Assembly (NCBI GenBank): GCA_037189525.1
Contig: JBBCJC010000001.1
Span: forward strand, 224,001-288,000
Reading direction: 5' to 3'
DNA: 64,000 nucleotides
DNA from: Gemmatimonadales bacterium
GTDB lineage: Bacteria > Gemmatimonadota > Gemmatimonadetes > Gemmatimonadales > GWC2-71-9
Both the position numbers and the translations under genes were made by a program. This document shows, one piece after another, positions 8,401 to 17,270 of this stretch. The notes beneath the pieces are model-generated. The model had not been told where the DNA came from and made no database searches. It was given only the letters and a program-made list of their open reading frames with translations. Every line of letters starts with the position of its first letter. Within the stretch, counting starts at the first letter, position 1.

Positions 8401-11108
8401 CGGACCAGCCCGACCAGATGACCGAACTGGTGGCCGCGCTCGTCAAAGACGGCGGCGTGCCGGCCCGGATCGTCCACACCTGGAATGCCGGCCCTGCCTC
8501 CGCAGGCGACCAGAGCAACGGCCGGGAGTTCTACAGCCTGCTTGGTTTGCAGCAGGCGTTTGCAGCCGAAGGCGTCGACGACGACATCCGCCTCGATGTC
8601 GTGACGACGGCCATGCAGCGTGTCGCCGGCGAGTCTGTCCTCGAACCGCGGCGCGCGCTGGTGCTCGGCCCGGTTCGCGTCATCCCGAAAGAGTTCCCCA
8701 ACATTTCCACCCGGAGCATCGACTTCTCGGGCCCGGGTACGCCCGGCTGGTTCGAGGCGCGCGCCGTCGAGCAGCTGGTTGCCGAACTCGGCGCTGACTC
8801 GGACGCCGAGGCAGTGGCGTGGCGCGGCACGGACCGGTGGGTCGAAACCTACGCACAAACTCCACTGCAGGCGGCGGGCACCGGACCGGTCGTGCGCGAT
8901 GGTGCGGTCTGCCTGATCACGGGTGGCCTCGGCGGCCTGGGCCTCGTCATTGCCGAGGACCTGGCGCGGGCGGCCAAGGTCAAACTGGTGCTGCTCAGCC
9001 GACGTGGGCGGACGCCCGACGCCGAGCCCGCGATCCGCGGCTTGGAGAGCTTGGGCGCCGAGGTGCTGGTGCTCGCCGCAGATGTTGCGGATTCGGCGCA
9101 GCTCCGCACCGCTGTCGCGGAGGCGCGGCAGCGCTTCGGGCCGATTACCCACCTGCTGCACGCCGCCGGCGTCATCGAAGATGCGCTGATTCCCATGAAG
9201 GAACCGGCTTCGGCCGGGCGGGTCTTTGCGCCCAAGATCCAGGGCACCCTGGCGCTCGACGAGGCGCTGGTCGGGGAACCGCTCGAGCGCGCAGTCGTCT
9301 TCTCATCACGCGGCGCCGTGGCCGGGGTGGCCGGTCAGGTCGACTATACCGCAGCGAGCGCGTTCCTCGATGCCTGGGCCGAACGGAAGGCCGTGCTCGA
9401 TGGAACACCGGTGCTCTCGATCGGCTGGAGCGCCTGGCAGGGCGTCGGTCTGGCGGCCGGACAGGCCGGCAGCGCCGCCAAGGGGCGTCCCACCGACCAT
9501 CCGTTCCTCGACAGTCGGCTCGACAACGGTGAATCGACCGAGTTCCGGAGCGTGCTCAGCACGGAGACGCATTGGCTGCTCGACGGGCATCGGATCAAGG
9601 GCGCCGAGGCGCTGATTCCCGGCACCGGATATCTCGAGATCATCCGCGCGGCGGCGGGAGAAGGGGCGCAGCAGGATCCGATCGAACTCCGCGACATCTT
9701 CTTCATTGCGCCCTTCATGGTTCACGGTACGGACCGGCGGGAGTTGCGGGTCACGGTCGAAGGTGAGCCAGGTACGGAGCGTGACATCGTCATCGAAGGT
9801 CGCACGCCCGGTACCGCCGAGTGGGACGAGCATGCCCGCGCCGTCGCGTCACCGCTCGCGGGCACCGCACCGCCCGCCCAGGACGTGGCCGCCATCCGAG
9901 CTCGGTGCGCCGCGCGGCGCGTGACCTTTGCCGGTCACCACGACCGCGAACACCTCGTGCTCGGCAAGCGGTGGGACAATATCACCCAGCTCGACTACGG
10001 CGCCGGCGAAGCGCTCGGAACCTTCGCGATGCCCGAGGAGTTCCACGCCGAGCTGCCGGTCTACCGGCTCCACCCGGCGCTACTCGACGTGGCCACCGCC
10101 TGCGCGCAGGCCTTGATCCCCGATTTCGACTCGGAGCGTGACTTCTACATTCCGGTCTCGTATGGACGGGTTCGCATCTGGGACGCGCTGCCCGCCGCGT
10201 GCCTCAGCCATATCCGGCTCCAGCCGGCCGTGGAGGAAGGGCAAGACACCGCGGTCTACGACGTCACGCTGCTTGCTCCGGACGGTCGTGTACTGGTCGA
10301 AATCAACGACTTCACCATGATGAAGGTGAAAGACCGGGTCAAAGTCGGTCATGACTCCGGTGAGCGCTCGGCGGCGCAGCCGCTGCAGTTCCAGGGCGCC
10401 ATGGCGCCGGACGAGGGCCTCGACGCCTTCCGCCGGCTGTTGGCCTCGGGCACGGTAGGGCACGTCATCGTGTCGCCGCAGGACCTGCCGACCTACCTCC
10501 AGGCACTCCGGATCCCGCCGGAACCCGTCGAGCGCGCCGCGCCGCCGGAGCCCGAGCAGCCCCCGATCGACGTAGCCCCGATCGAGGCGGTCCTGGCTGC
10601 GCACGAAGCCGTTCATCAGGCATTTGTGACGGCCCATCGGGAGCGGACCGGGACGATCCGGATTACCGCGTTTGTGCTCTTCGAGCTGGGCGAGCAGGCG
10701 ACGATTTCCGAGATGCGTCGGTTCCTCAAGGGGAAGGTGCCGGACGACATGATTCCGCAGCACCTGATCGAAATCGAGTCGGTTCCGCTCGGCGCGGACG
10801 GCAAGGTCGATCGGGCCGCCCTGCCCGACCCGTTTGCGGGCGCCGACGACTTCATCGGCCCGCGCACCGAGATGGAGAAGACCATCGCCGGAATCTGGAA
10901 GGACCTGCTCGGCGCCTCGCGGATCAGCATCCATGATAATTTCCTCGACGTCGGCGGCCATTCACTGCTGGCCATGCGGGCCGTCTCGAGGATTGCCAAG
11001 CAAACCGGAGTACGTTTGAATCCGTCGGTGATGACACTGCATACGCTCGAACAGATCGCAGCCGAGTGCGCCGAAAAGGCCGGCTCGGCGGCGGGGGCCG
11101 GGCGATGA
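5469..11108 (+). CDS. Type I polyketide synthase: KS-AT-KR-DH-(A-subdomain-like)-carrier, no TE
   Basis: KS DIAIVGLAGRFPGA, TACSTSL, HGTAT, KSNVGHL. AT GHSMGE. KR LITGGLGGLG and GQVDYTAAS. DH HWLLDGHRIKGAEALIPG and HPALLD. Terminal carrier FLDVGGHSL. Confidence 0.96.
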   Translation: MSEQQLPPGSAETDIAIVGLAGRFPGAPDVATFWKNLRDGVESVTWLTDDELRAAGVPDELLADPDYVRASYQMPDMAGFDAGFFGFAPREAAIMDPQQRHFLELAWTAMEHAGHAPERFGGSVGVFAGCGANIYMMLNLLTNPELVENVGLFLLRHTGNDKDFLATRVSYLMNLRGPSVNVQTACSTSLVAVHMAVQSLLSNECDMALAGGTTVKQPHPVGYLYKEGEIVAPDGHCRSFDAKAEGTVFGSGAGVVVLRRLADAIRDGDTIHAVIKGSAINNDGAQKVGYLAPSVDGQAQAVAEALALADIDPESIQFVECHGTATPVGDPIEVAALTQAYQGAGAERTGYCALASLKSNVGHLDTAAGVAGVIKTVEALKHRQIPPSLHYTEPNPAIDFASSPFFVNDTLREWTTDGGPRRAAVSSLGAGGTNAHVIVEEAPALPPSGPSREHQLYVLSAKTPTALDTAAANLVAALRTSQDAPADVAFTLAQGRQALAHRRAVVAKSAAEAADLLDRNDPKVVPTAQVSDRKRTLAFMFAGGGAQYAGMGADLYEGEPVYRAAVDECIALLQPQLDWDLKTLLLAPPADRERLGEELERPSRSLPCLFITQYAMARLCLAWGFEPQAMIGHSMGEYTAAHLAGVFSLADGLALVTLRGKLFERIPPGGMLSVPLAAEELQKRLPAELSIAAINAPELCVASGPLQALDALEKALAADEIDCRRVRINIAAHSAMLEPILTEFGAFFRRITLSPPTRPFVSNVTGDWITPEEATSPEYWVRHLRHTVRFADGIGVLLRDEGRVLLEIGPGRVLATLASLHSDRKADQPTLTSMRHPDEAGSDVAHALTMAGRLWLAGVTPNWNGLWKGERRRRIPLPTYPFEHQSYFIQPGKGAVTSKPSLTRRNDVGQWFYETAWERAPLAGRTALAAGTRWLVFRDEQGLGASLAARLGRDGTVISVLPGTNVRQVDATTYQVNPDQPDQMTELVAALVKDGGVPARIVHTWNAGPASAGDQSNGREFYSLLGLQQAFAAEGVDDDIRLDVVTTAMQRVAGESVLEPRRALVLGPVRVIPKEFPNISTRSIDFSGPGTPGWFEARAVEQLVAELGADSDAEAVAWRGTDRWVETYAQTPLQAAGTGPVVRDGAVCLITGGLGGLGLVIAEDLARAAKVKLVLLSRRGRTPDAEPAIRGLESLGAEVLVLAADVADSAQLRTAVAEARQRFGPITHLLHAAGVIEDALIPMKEPASAGRVFAPKIQGTLALDEALVGEPLERAVVFSSRGAVAGVAGQVDYTAASAFLDAWAERKAVLDGTPVLSIGWSAWQGVGLAAGQAGSAAKGRPTDHPFLDSRLDNGESTEFRSVLSTETHWLLDGHRIKGAEALIPGTGYLEIIRAAAGEGAQQDPIELRDIFFIAPFMVHGTDRRELRVTVEGEPGTERDIVIEGRTPGTAEWDEHARAVASPLAGTAPPAQDVAAIRARCAARRVTFAGHHDREHLVLGKRWDNITQLDYGAGEALGTFAMPEEFHAELPVYRLHPALLDVATACAQALIPDFDSERDFYIPVSYGRVRIWDALPAACLSHIRLQPAVEEGQDTAVYDVTLLAPDGRVLVEINDFTMMKVKDRVKVGHDSGERSAAQPLQFQGAMAPDEGLDAFRRLLASGTVGHVIVSPQDLPTYLQALRIPPEPVERAAPPEPEQPPIDVAPIEAVLAAHEAVHQAFVTAHRERTGTIRITAFVLFELGEQATISEMRRFLKGKVPDDMIPQHLIEIESVPLGADGKVDRAALPDPFAGADDFIGPRTEMEKTIAGIWKDLLGASRISIHDNFLDVGGHSLLAMRAVSRIAKQTGVRLNPSVMTLHTLEQIAAECAEKAGSAAGAGR

Positions 11109-11896
11109 ACCCGTTTTTCTTCGGTTCATCGAAGTCCCCGCTCTACGGCGTCTACCATCCGCCGCGGGCAGGCAGCGGGCCGGCCAAAGCCGTCCTGACC
11201 TGCTATCCGCTCGGCGCGGAGTACATGCGGGCGCATCGCGCGTTCCGCCAGCTGACGACACTCCTGGTCAAGGGCGGCACGCACGTTCTGCGGTTCGACT
11301 ACTTCGGCACCGGCGACTCGGCCGGCAACGGCGACGAGGCCCGCATCGTCCGGTGGCTCGACGACATTGCGACCGCAATCGACGAACTCAAAGAAATGGC
11401 GCAGGTGCCCGCGGTGACGCTGGTCGGCCTCCGCCTGGGCGGCACGCTCGCTGCTTTGGCCGCCGAGGGTCGTTCCGACGTCGAGCAGGTCGTGCTCTGG
11501 GATCCGATCGTCCGCGGCAATCGGTACGTCGAGGAGCTGGTCGGCAAGCATCGGGCGGAACAGGCGGCGCGAGGACGCACCGCGGCGCCCGGTACGGCGG
11601 GCGTCCACGGCTTCCCGGTTACCCAAGCCCTCCAGAAAGAGCTTGGCGCAATCGACCTGCTGACCTGGCCGGGCACCGGCATCCGGCGCATCGACGTGGT
11701 CACCTCATCGGAGCAAGCGGATGCCGACGCGCTGGTCGCGCAGCTGCGCGATCGAGGCGCGATGGCCGCCGGACTGGTGTGCCCGAGCAACGGACAATGG
11801 GACGAGTCGGATGCGTTCGGCTCGGCGCTGATCCCCCAGAGCATCATTCAGGGCGTGATCGGCTGCGTCAATGGTGAAGGAGTGCAGGTCGCATGA
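11105..11896 (+). CDS. Alpha/beta-hydrolase-fold protein, exosortase-system hydrolase-2-like (GLRLG elbow)
   Basis: ATG at 11105 overlaps the PKS stop (ATGA). Motifs RFDYFGTGDS, GLRLGG, LWDPIV. Confidence 0.85.
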   Translation: MNPFFFGSSKSPLYGVYHPPRAGSGPAKAVLTCYPLGAEYMRAHRAFRQLTTLLVKGGTHVLRFDYFGTGDSAGNGDEARIVRWLDDIATAIDELKEMAQVPAVTLVGLRLGGTLAALAAEGRSDVEQVVLWDPIVRGNRYVEELVGKHRAEQAARGRTAAPGTAGVHGFPVTQALQKELGAIDLLTWPGTGIRRIDVVTSSEQADADALVAQLRDRGAMAAGLVCPSNGQWDESDAFGSALIPQSIIQGVIGCVNGEGVQVA

Positions 11897-12789
11897 GAGA
11901 GAAAGTCCTCAAGTTCGGGGCGAGCCGGGGGCTGGTCGGCATTCTGACGGAACCGGCGCCGGGCGGCCCGGCCAAACCGACGGTCATCCTCCTCAATTCG
12001 GGGATTCTGCATCACGTCGGCGCGTCGCGACTGTATGTGCAGATCGCGCGGCGGCTGGCGGCCGCCGGTCATGCCGCGTTCCGTTTCGATTTTTCCGGCA
12101 TCGGTGACAGCGAGTCGCGCAAGGACACGCTTGGCGCGGCCGAAAGCGCCGTGGTCGAAACCCGTGAGGCAATGGATCTGCTGGCAGCCCGCCGGAGCAA
12201 CGATCGCTTCATTCTGTTCGGCCTGTGTTCCGGCGCCGATATGGGATTCAAGGTGGCGGGACAGGATGAGCGCGTCGTCGGCCTGATCCAGCTCGATCCG
12301 TTTGCGTACCGAACGACCGGCTACTACCTGCGCCACTACGGTCCGAAGCTGTTCAGTCCGAGCGCCTGGGTTCGCTTCGTCTCGGTCCGGCTCGCCAAGC
12401 GCCGCACCGCGCGCGAAAAGGCCAACGGTACCGACGAGCCACTCGAATACGTCGCCGCGGAGTACCGGCGAATCTTCCCGCCGCGCGAGCAGGTCGAGGC
12501 GCAGCTGCGCACCTTGGTTGGCCGGGGCGTCCACATGCTCAACATCTTCTCCGACGGGCAGGGCGACCACATCAACCACGGGCCCCAGTACGCCAAGGCG
12601 TTCCCGACCCTCGACTTCAACGGCCAGCTCCAGGTCGACTACGTGCCGTTTGCCGCGCACACCTTCACGGACCTGGGCGATCAGCGCCGGGTGGTCGACA
12701 CGATCGCCGGCTGGGCCGAGCGCGTCGGCCCGGCCATGATGCCCGCGACCGGGGCGGCGGCGGAAGCGGAACTGGCGGCGGCGCGATGA
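11893..12789 (+). CDS. Alpha/beta-hydrolase-fold protein, hydrolase-1-like (GLCSG elbow)
   Basis: ATGA overlap with the upstream gene. Motifs RFDFSGIGDS, GLCSGAD, and C-terminal AAHTF (candidate catalytic His). Confidence 0.85.
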   Translation: MREKVLKFGASRGLVGILTEPAPGGPAKPTVILLNSGILHHVGASRLYVQIARRLAAAGHAAFRFDFSGIGDSESRKDTLGAAESAVVETREAMDLLAARRSNDRFILFGLCSGADMGFKVAGQDERVVGLIQLDPFAYRTTGYYLRHYGPKLFSPSAWVRFVSVRLAKRRTAREKANGTDEPLEYVAAEYRRIFPPREQVEAQLRTLVGRGVHMLNIFSDGQGDHINHGPQYAKAFPTLDFNGQLQVDYVPFAAHTFTDLGDQRRVVDTIAGWAERVGPAMMPATGAAAEAELAAAR

Positions 12790-14027
12790 GCGACCCGGCC
12801 GCGCCAGTCGGCAATGAGATCCCACGCCTTCCCGCGTGGAAGACTGCGTTATTTCTGTTCATCCTGCTCGGTGCCGGCGCAGCCATCCTCGAAGGCCTGG
12901 CGCACCTGTACCTCAAGCTCTTTCGCGGGTACGACGGAAAGCATCTGATCCAGTACGAGTTCGACCCGTACAAGAACATCCTCCCGACCCCGAATTACGT
13001 CGATACCCGTGGCATCCAGCACAACTCGGTGGGGTTTCGGCGCTCGAGCGAAGTCACGGTCGAGAAACCCGCCAACACCTACCGCGTGTTTCTGATGGGG
13101 GCGTCGACCGCGTATGGACTGGGTGGACTCTGGCCCCATCTGCAGCGTGACTTCGAAGTCATCGACAACAGCCATACCATCGATGCCTATCTCGAGCGCG
13201 ACCTGCGCGCCGCGTTTCCCGGGATGAACGTCGAGGTCATCAATGCGGCCATTACGAGCACCTGGACCCATCATCACCTGATCTATCTCAATCAGAAGAT
13301 TCTCCGGTATCAGCCGGACATGATCATCTTTCTCGACGGGTTCAACGACTTCTACCACACCACCCCGGGGCACGACCAATTTGCCGCGTATGCGTATGGC
13401 GAGCAGTCGCACCGGATCATGGGCCCGCCGACCCTCACATCGCTGGCGTTCCAAAACTTCTGGTGGTTCTACCGGAAGAGCGCGCTGGTCCACCTGGTCA
13501 CGCGCGAGGCGCGCAAGCTGGGCGGCCTCTTCAGCGGACGGGGGGAACGGACATCGATCGACCCCGACGAGCAGCTGCAACGCCTCCAAGAGATCTTCCC
13601 GGCCAATGCGCTGACCATGGTGCATCGCTACACCATGATCACTAAAGATGCGGGCGTGCTCCCGGTCGTGGTCCATCAGCCCATGCTGATTCTCGAAGGC
13701 CACCGCGCCGCCAGCATGGTCGAGATCGAAAAGAAGCTCTTCGATTTCAACGTGTCGTCCTACGTCCCCAACTACGATCAGTTCGCCCTGAAAGCGGCAC
13801 CCTGGGTCGTGGATACGACCCGCGCGGTGGTCGAGCAGAGCGGCGGCACCTTCATCGACGCTACCAACATCTACGGCGGCGAAACCCAGCAGATCTTTAC
13901 CGACTATGCGCACCTGACGCCTAGGGGAAATGAGGTTCTCGCCAAACACATCGAGGGCGTCATCGGACCGATGATCCGGTCGGATGCCCGCGCCAAGGGG
14001 CTCTCGGTCCCCGACTCGCTCCCGTAA
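12786..14027 (+). CDS. Membrane-anchored SGNH/GDSL-family protein
   Basis: N-terminal hydrophobic helix. Block I-like FLMGASTAYG, VINAA, DGFND and block V DYAH. Confidence 0.75.
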   Translation: MSDPAAPVGNEIPRLPAWKTALFLFILLGAGAAILEGLAHLYLKLFRGYDGKHLIQYEFDPYKNILPTPNYVDTRGIQHNSVGFRRSSEVTVEKPANTYRVFLMGASTAYGLGGLWPHLQRDFEVIDNSHTIDAYLERDLRAAFPGMNVEVINAAITSTWTHHHLIYLNQKILRYQPDMIIFLDGFNDFYHTTPGHDQFAAYAYGEQSHRIMGPPTLTSLAFQNFWWFYRKSALVHLVTREARKLGGLFSGRGERTSIDPDEQLQRLQEIFPANALTMVHRYTMITKDAGVLPVVVHQPMLILEGHRAASMVEIEKKLFDFNVSSYVPNYDQFALKAAPWVVDTTRAVVEQSGGTFIDATNIYGGETQQIFTDYAHLTPRGNEVLAKHIEGVIGPMIRSDARAKGLSVPDSLP

Positions 14028-14041
14028 GCCGCGCGTCCGCC

Positions 14042-15157
14042 ATGGGCCGTCTCCGTGTCATGCAGGTGACGCAGGACCTTGGCGTCGGGGGACTCGAGCG
14101 CGTCGTGGCCACGTTATGCCACACGATGGACCGCTCGCAGTTCGAACCCTCGGTGCTCTGCCTGCGGGAAATGGGCGCGCTCGCGCCGGCGCTCGAAGCC
14201 GCCGGGATCCCGATCACCGTGCTCGAACAGCCCCGCGACGGTCGCCCCGACTACTTCGCCTACCGGCAAGTCCGCGCGGCGATCCGCGACCAGAAGATCG
14301 ACGTCCTCCACACGCACAACACCCAGGCCCTGCTCGACGGAGCGCTGGCCTCGCTTGGCGGGCACAGACCGCGGCAGATCCATACCGATCACAGCCGAGT
14401 CTGGCCCGACCGGTTCCGCTACCGCGTGCTGGAGCACCTGGCGTCCCACCGCATCAGCGCCATGGTCGGCGTATCCGAGGCGACGACCGCCAACCTGCGC
14501 CGCTATGAATGGATCCCGAAGCGGAAGCTGGTCACCATCCTGAATGGGATCGACCCCGCGCCGTTCGCCCTGCCGCTCGATCTCGATGCCAAACGGCGTG
14601 ACCTCGACGTGGCCGGACGATTTCCGCTCCTCGGTGTGGCCGCCCGGCTCACCCATCAGAAGGGCCACCGGTTTCTCCTCGAGAGTGTGGCGCGGCTCAG
14701 GCAACGATTTCCCGACCTCCTCCTCCTGATCTGCGGCGAGGGCGAGCTCGAGGGGGAGTTGCGCGAAATGACCAAGGCGATGGACCTCGAGCAGCACGTG
14801 CGTTTCGCAGGGGTCCGCCTCGATCTCCATGAGATCCTCCGGGTGCTCGACCTATTCGTGCTGTCATCGGTCTGGGAGGGGCTTCCGATGGTCCTGCTCG
14901 AGGCGATGGCGGCGGGATGCCCGATCGTTTCGACCGACGTGGGTGGTATCAGCGCCACGCTCCAGAGTGGCGTGACGGCGAGCCTGGTCCCCCCGTCCGA
15001 CCCCGACGCGCTGGCCCATGCCATCGCGCACCTGGCAAACGACCACAGACAGCGGAAGATCCAGGCAGACGCCGCCCGGGAGATCTTCGAGGCCAACTAT
15101 AGTGCCTCGGCCATGACCCGCCGCTACGAGCGGCTCTATCGCGGCGAGCGCCTGTAG
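14042..15157 (+). CDS. Glycosyltransferase family 4 (GT-B)
   Basis: Motifs GGLERVV, ILNGID, RLTHQKG, EGLPMVLLEAMAAG, TDVGG. Confidence 0.93.
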   Translation: MGRLRVMQVTQDLGVGGLERVVATLCHTMDRSQFEPSVLCLREMGALAPALEAAGIPITVLEQPRDGRPDYFAYRQVRAAIRDQKIDVLHTHNTQALLDGALASLGGHRPRQIHTDHSRVWPDRFRYRVLEHLASHRISAMVGVSEATTANLRRYEWIPKRKLVTILNGIDPAPFALPLDLDAKRRDLDVAGRFPLLGVAARLTHQKGHRFLLESVARLRQRFPDLLLLICGEGELEGELREMTKAMDLEQHVRFAGVRLDLHEILRVLDLFVLSSVWEGLPMVLLEAMAAGCPIVSTDVGGISATLQSGVTASLVPPSDPDALAHAIAHLANDHRQRKIQADAAREIFEANYSASAMTRRYERLYRGERL

Positions 15158-15175
15158 TCGTTTCCCCTGTCCAAA

Positions 15176-15191
15176 TGGCACCCTCCTTGCA
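15176..15191 (+). promoter_or_regulatory. Sigma-54 (-24/-12) promoter motif
   Basis: TGGCAC-CCTCC-TTGCA is an exact match to TGGCAC-N5-TTGCW. It lies in the intergenic gap, oriented toward the carbamoyltransferase operon. Confidence 0.65.
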
Positions 15192-15440
15192 ATTTTTGGC
15201 GAGTTCAGGCAACACCGCCCTGTTTAGCGGATGCCGCACCTTGCTCGAATATGGTGCCTGGAGTCAACACCGTTCAGCAAGTGTTGCAGTAGCACCACAT
15301 ACGGTGATACCGCCGACCCAACTGGGGGCGCGTAAGTCGTGGTATGACAACACCGATGACGACACGGGTGGTGGGTCTGGCTGTGGACAGACTCTTGCCC
15401 GGAGCAGAGCCGTCCCGATGGGAGGCGGACGAAAGGCGAC

Positions 15441-17270
15441 ATGGCGAGCACGTATATCCTGGGTATTTCGGCCTACTACCACGACAGCGCGGCAGCGTTG
15501 CTCAAGGACGGCGAGATTCTCGCCGCCGGCAGCGAGGAACGGTTCACCCGGAAAAAGGGCGACTCGGCGTTCCCGTCTCGCGCGGTGGAGTACTGCCTCA
15601 AGGAGGCCGGGATCACCCTGAGCCAGGTCGACGCGGTCGGTTTTTACGACAAGCCGCTGCTCAAGTTCGAACGGATTCTCGAGACATACCTCGAGGTCGC
15701 CCCGAAGGGATTCGGGTCGTTCCTGAAGGCGGGACCGCTCTGGATCAAGGAAAAGCTCTTTACCGACCGCCAGCTGCGCGACTCGCTCGACGGCTGGCAG
15801 GGGGATCTGCTGTACGCCGAGCACCATGAATCGCACGCGGCCAGCGCATTCTATCCCTCGCCGTTCGAAGAGGCGGCAGTCCTGACCATGGATGGCGTCG
15901 GCGAGTGGGCCACGGCCTCGTGGGGTGTGGGCAAGGGCGCCGACCTGACGCTGACCCGTGAACTGCGCTGGCCCGACTCGCTCGGCCTGCTCTATTCGGC
16001 CTTTACCTACTACACCGGCTTCAAGGTCAACTCCGGTGAGTACAAGGTGATGGGCCTCGCTCCCTATGGCCAGCCCAAGTACGTCGACCAGATCTACAAG
16101 CACTTGATCGACCTGCGTGAAGACGGGTCGTTCACGATGAACCAGAAGTACTTCAACTACTTGAGCGGCCTCACTATGACGAGTGAGGCGTTCAATGAGG
16201 TGATGGGCGGCCCGCCACGGGTGCCGGAGTCCAATCTGACGCAGCGCGAGATGGACCTGGCACGGTCGATTCAGGTCGTCTGCGAAGAGATCATGCTGCG
16301 CATGGCACGGACGGCGCATAAAGAGACCGGCCTGGAGAACCTCTGCCTGGCTGGCGGTGTGGCGCTCAACTGCGTCGGGAACGGCCGGATTCTTCGTGAA
16401 GGCCCGTTCAAGCGGCTCTGGATTCAGCCGGCCGCGGGTGATGCGGGCGGCGCGCTCGGCGTGGCGCAGCTGATCTGGCACCGCCACAAGAAGCAGCCGC
16501 GCACGTTGCGCCCCGGCAAGGACGGAATGAAAGGCACCTATCTCGGCCCCTCGTTCACGCCGGACGAAATCGAAAAGGCGCTGTCGGCCGAGGGCGCGGT
16601 CTTCGAGCGGCTCGACCGGGACACGCTGCTCGACCGGACCGCCGCGGCGCTGGCCGAGGGCAAGATCATCGGGTGGTTCAACGGCCGGATGGAGTTCGGC
16701 CCCCGCTCGCTGGGCTGCCGCAGCATCCTGGGCGATCCTCGCAGCCCGAAGATGCAGGCGGACATGAACATCAAAATCAAGTTTCGCGAGGGCTTCCGCC
16801 CCTTCGCACCGAGCGTCCTGCAGGAGCGCGCCTCCGAGTATTTCGAACTCGAAGGCGAGTCGCCGTACATGCTGCTGGTGGCGCCCGTCAAAAAGGAACG
16901 TCAGATCCCGATGACGGCCGAGCAGCAGCAGCTCTGGGGCATCGACATGCTGAACGTGCCCCGCTCCGACCTGCCGGCCATTACGCACATCGACTACTCG
17001 GCGCGGATCCAGACCGTCAGCCCGGACACCAATCCGGACTATCATGCGTTGATCAAGGCGTTCGAGTCCAAGACGGGATGCGGCGTGCTGGTCAATACGT
17101 CGTTCAACGTGCGCGGCGAGCCGATCGTCTGCACGCCGTTCGACGCCTGGCGCTGTTTCATGCGGACCCACATCGATTGCCTGGTGGTCGGCCCGTATTT
17201 TCTCGAGAAGCCTCGCCAGGCGGAATGGAAGGAGGGAGACGCATGGAAGCAGGAGTTCCAGCTCGACTGA
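15441..17270 (+). CDS. O-carbamoyltransferase (NodU/CmcH/TobZ/SxtI family)
   Basis: Motifs ILGISAYYHDSAA, EERFTRKK, EHHESHAASAF, DGVGE, GEYKVMGLAPYG, GGVALNC, EFGPRSLG, NTSFNVRGEPIV. Confidence 0.95.
   Translation: MASTYILGISAYYHDSAAALLKDGEILAAGSEERFTRKKGDSAFPSRAVEYCLKEAGITLSQVDAVGFYDKPLLKFERILETYLEVAPKGFGSFLKAGPLWIKEKLFTDRQLRDSLDGWQGDLLYAEHHESHAASAFYPSPFEEAAVLTMDGVGEWATASWGVGKGADLTLTRELRWPDSLGLLYSAFTYYTGFKVNSGEYKVMGLAPYGQPKYVDQIYKHLIDLREDGSFTMNQKYFNYLSGLTMTSEAFNEVMGGPPRVPESNLTQREMDLARSIQVVCEEIMLRMARTAHKETGLENLCLAGGVALNCVGNGRILREGPFKRLWIQPAAGDAGGALGVAQLIWHRHKKQPRTLRPGKDGMKGTYLGPSFTPDEIEKALSAEGAVFERLDRDTLLDRTAAALAEGKIIGWFNGRMEFGPRSLGCRSILGDPRSPKMQADMNIKIKFREGFRPFAPSVLQERASEYFELEGESPYMLLVAPVKKERQIPMTAEQQQLWGIDMLNVPRSDLPAITHIDYSARIQTVSPDTNPDYHALIKAFESKTGCGVLVNTSFNVRGEPIVCTPFDAWRCFMRTHIDCLVVGPYFLEKPRQAEWKEGDAWKQEFQLD

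Noticed and set aside
16673..17242. ORF-track N-terminal extensions (also 11066, 20078, 25076, 26203, 31703, 36227, 47298, 50602, 55497, 58049, 62320)
   Set aside because: They overlap neighbouring genes or promoter motifs. Downstream starts with an RBS or stop/start coupling fit the protein families better.
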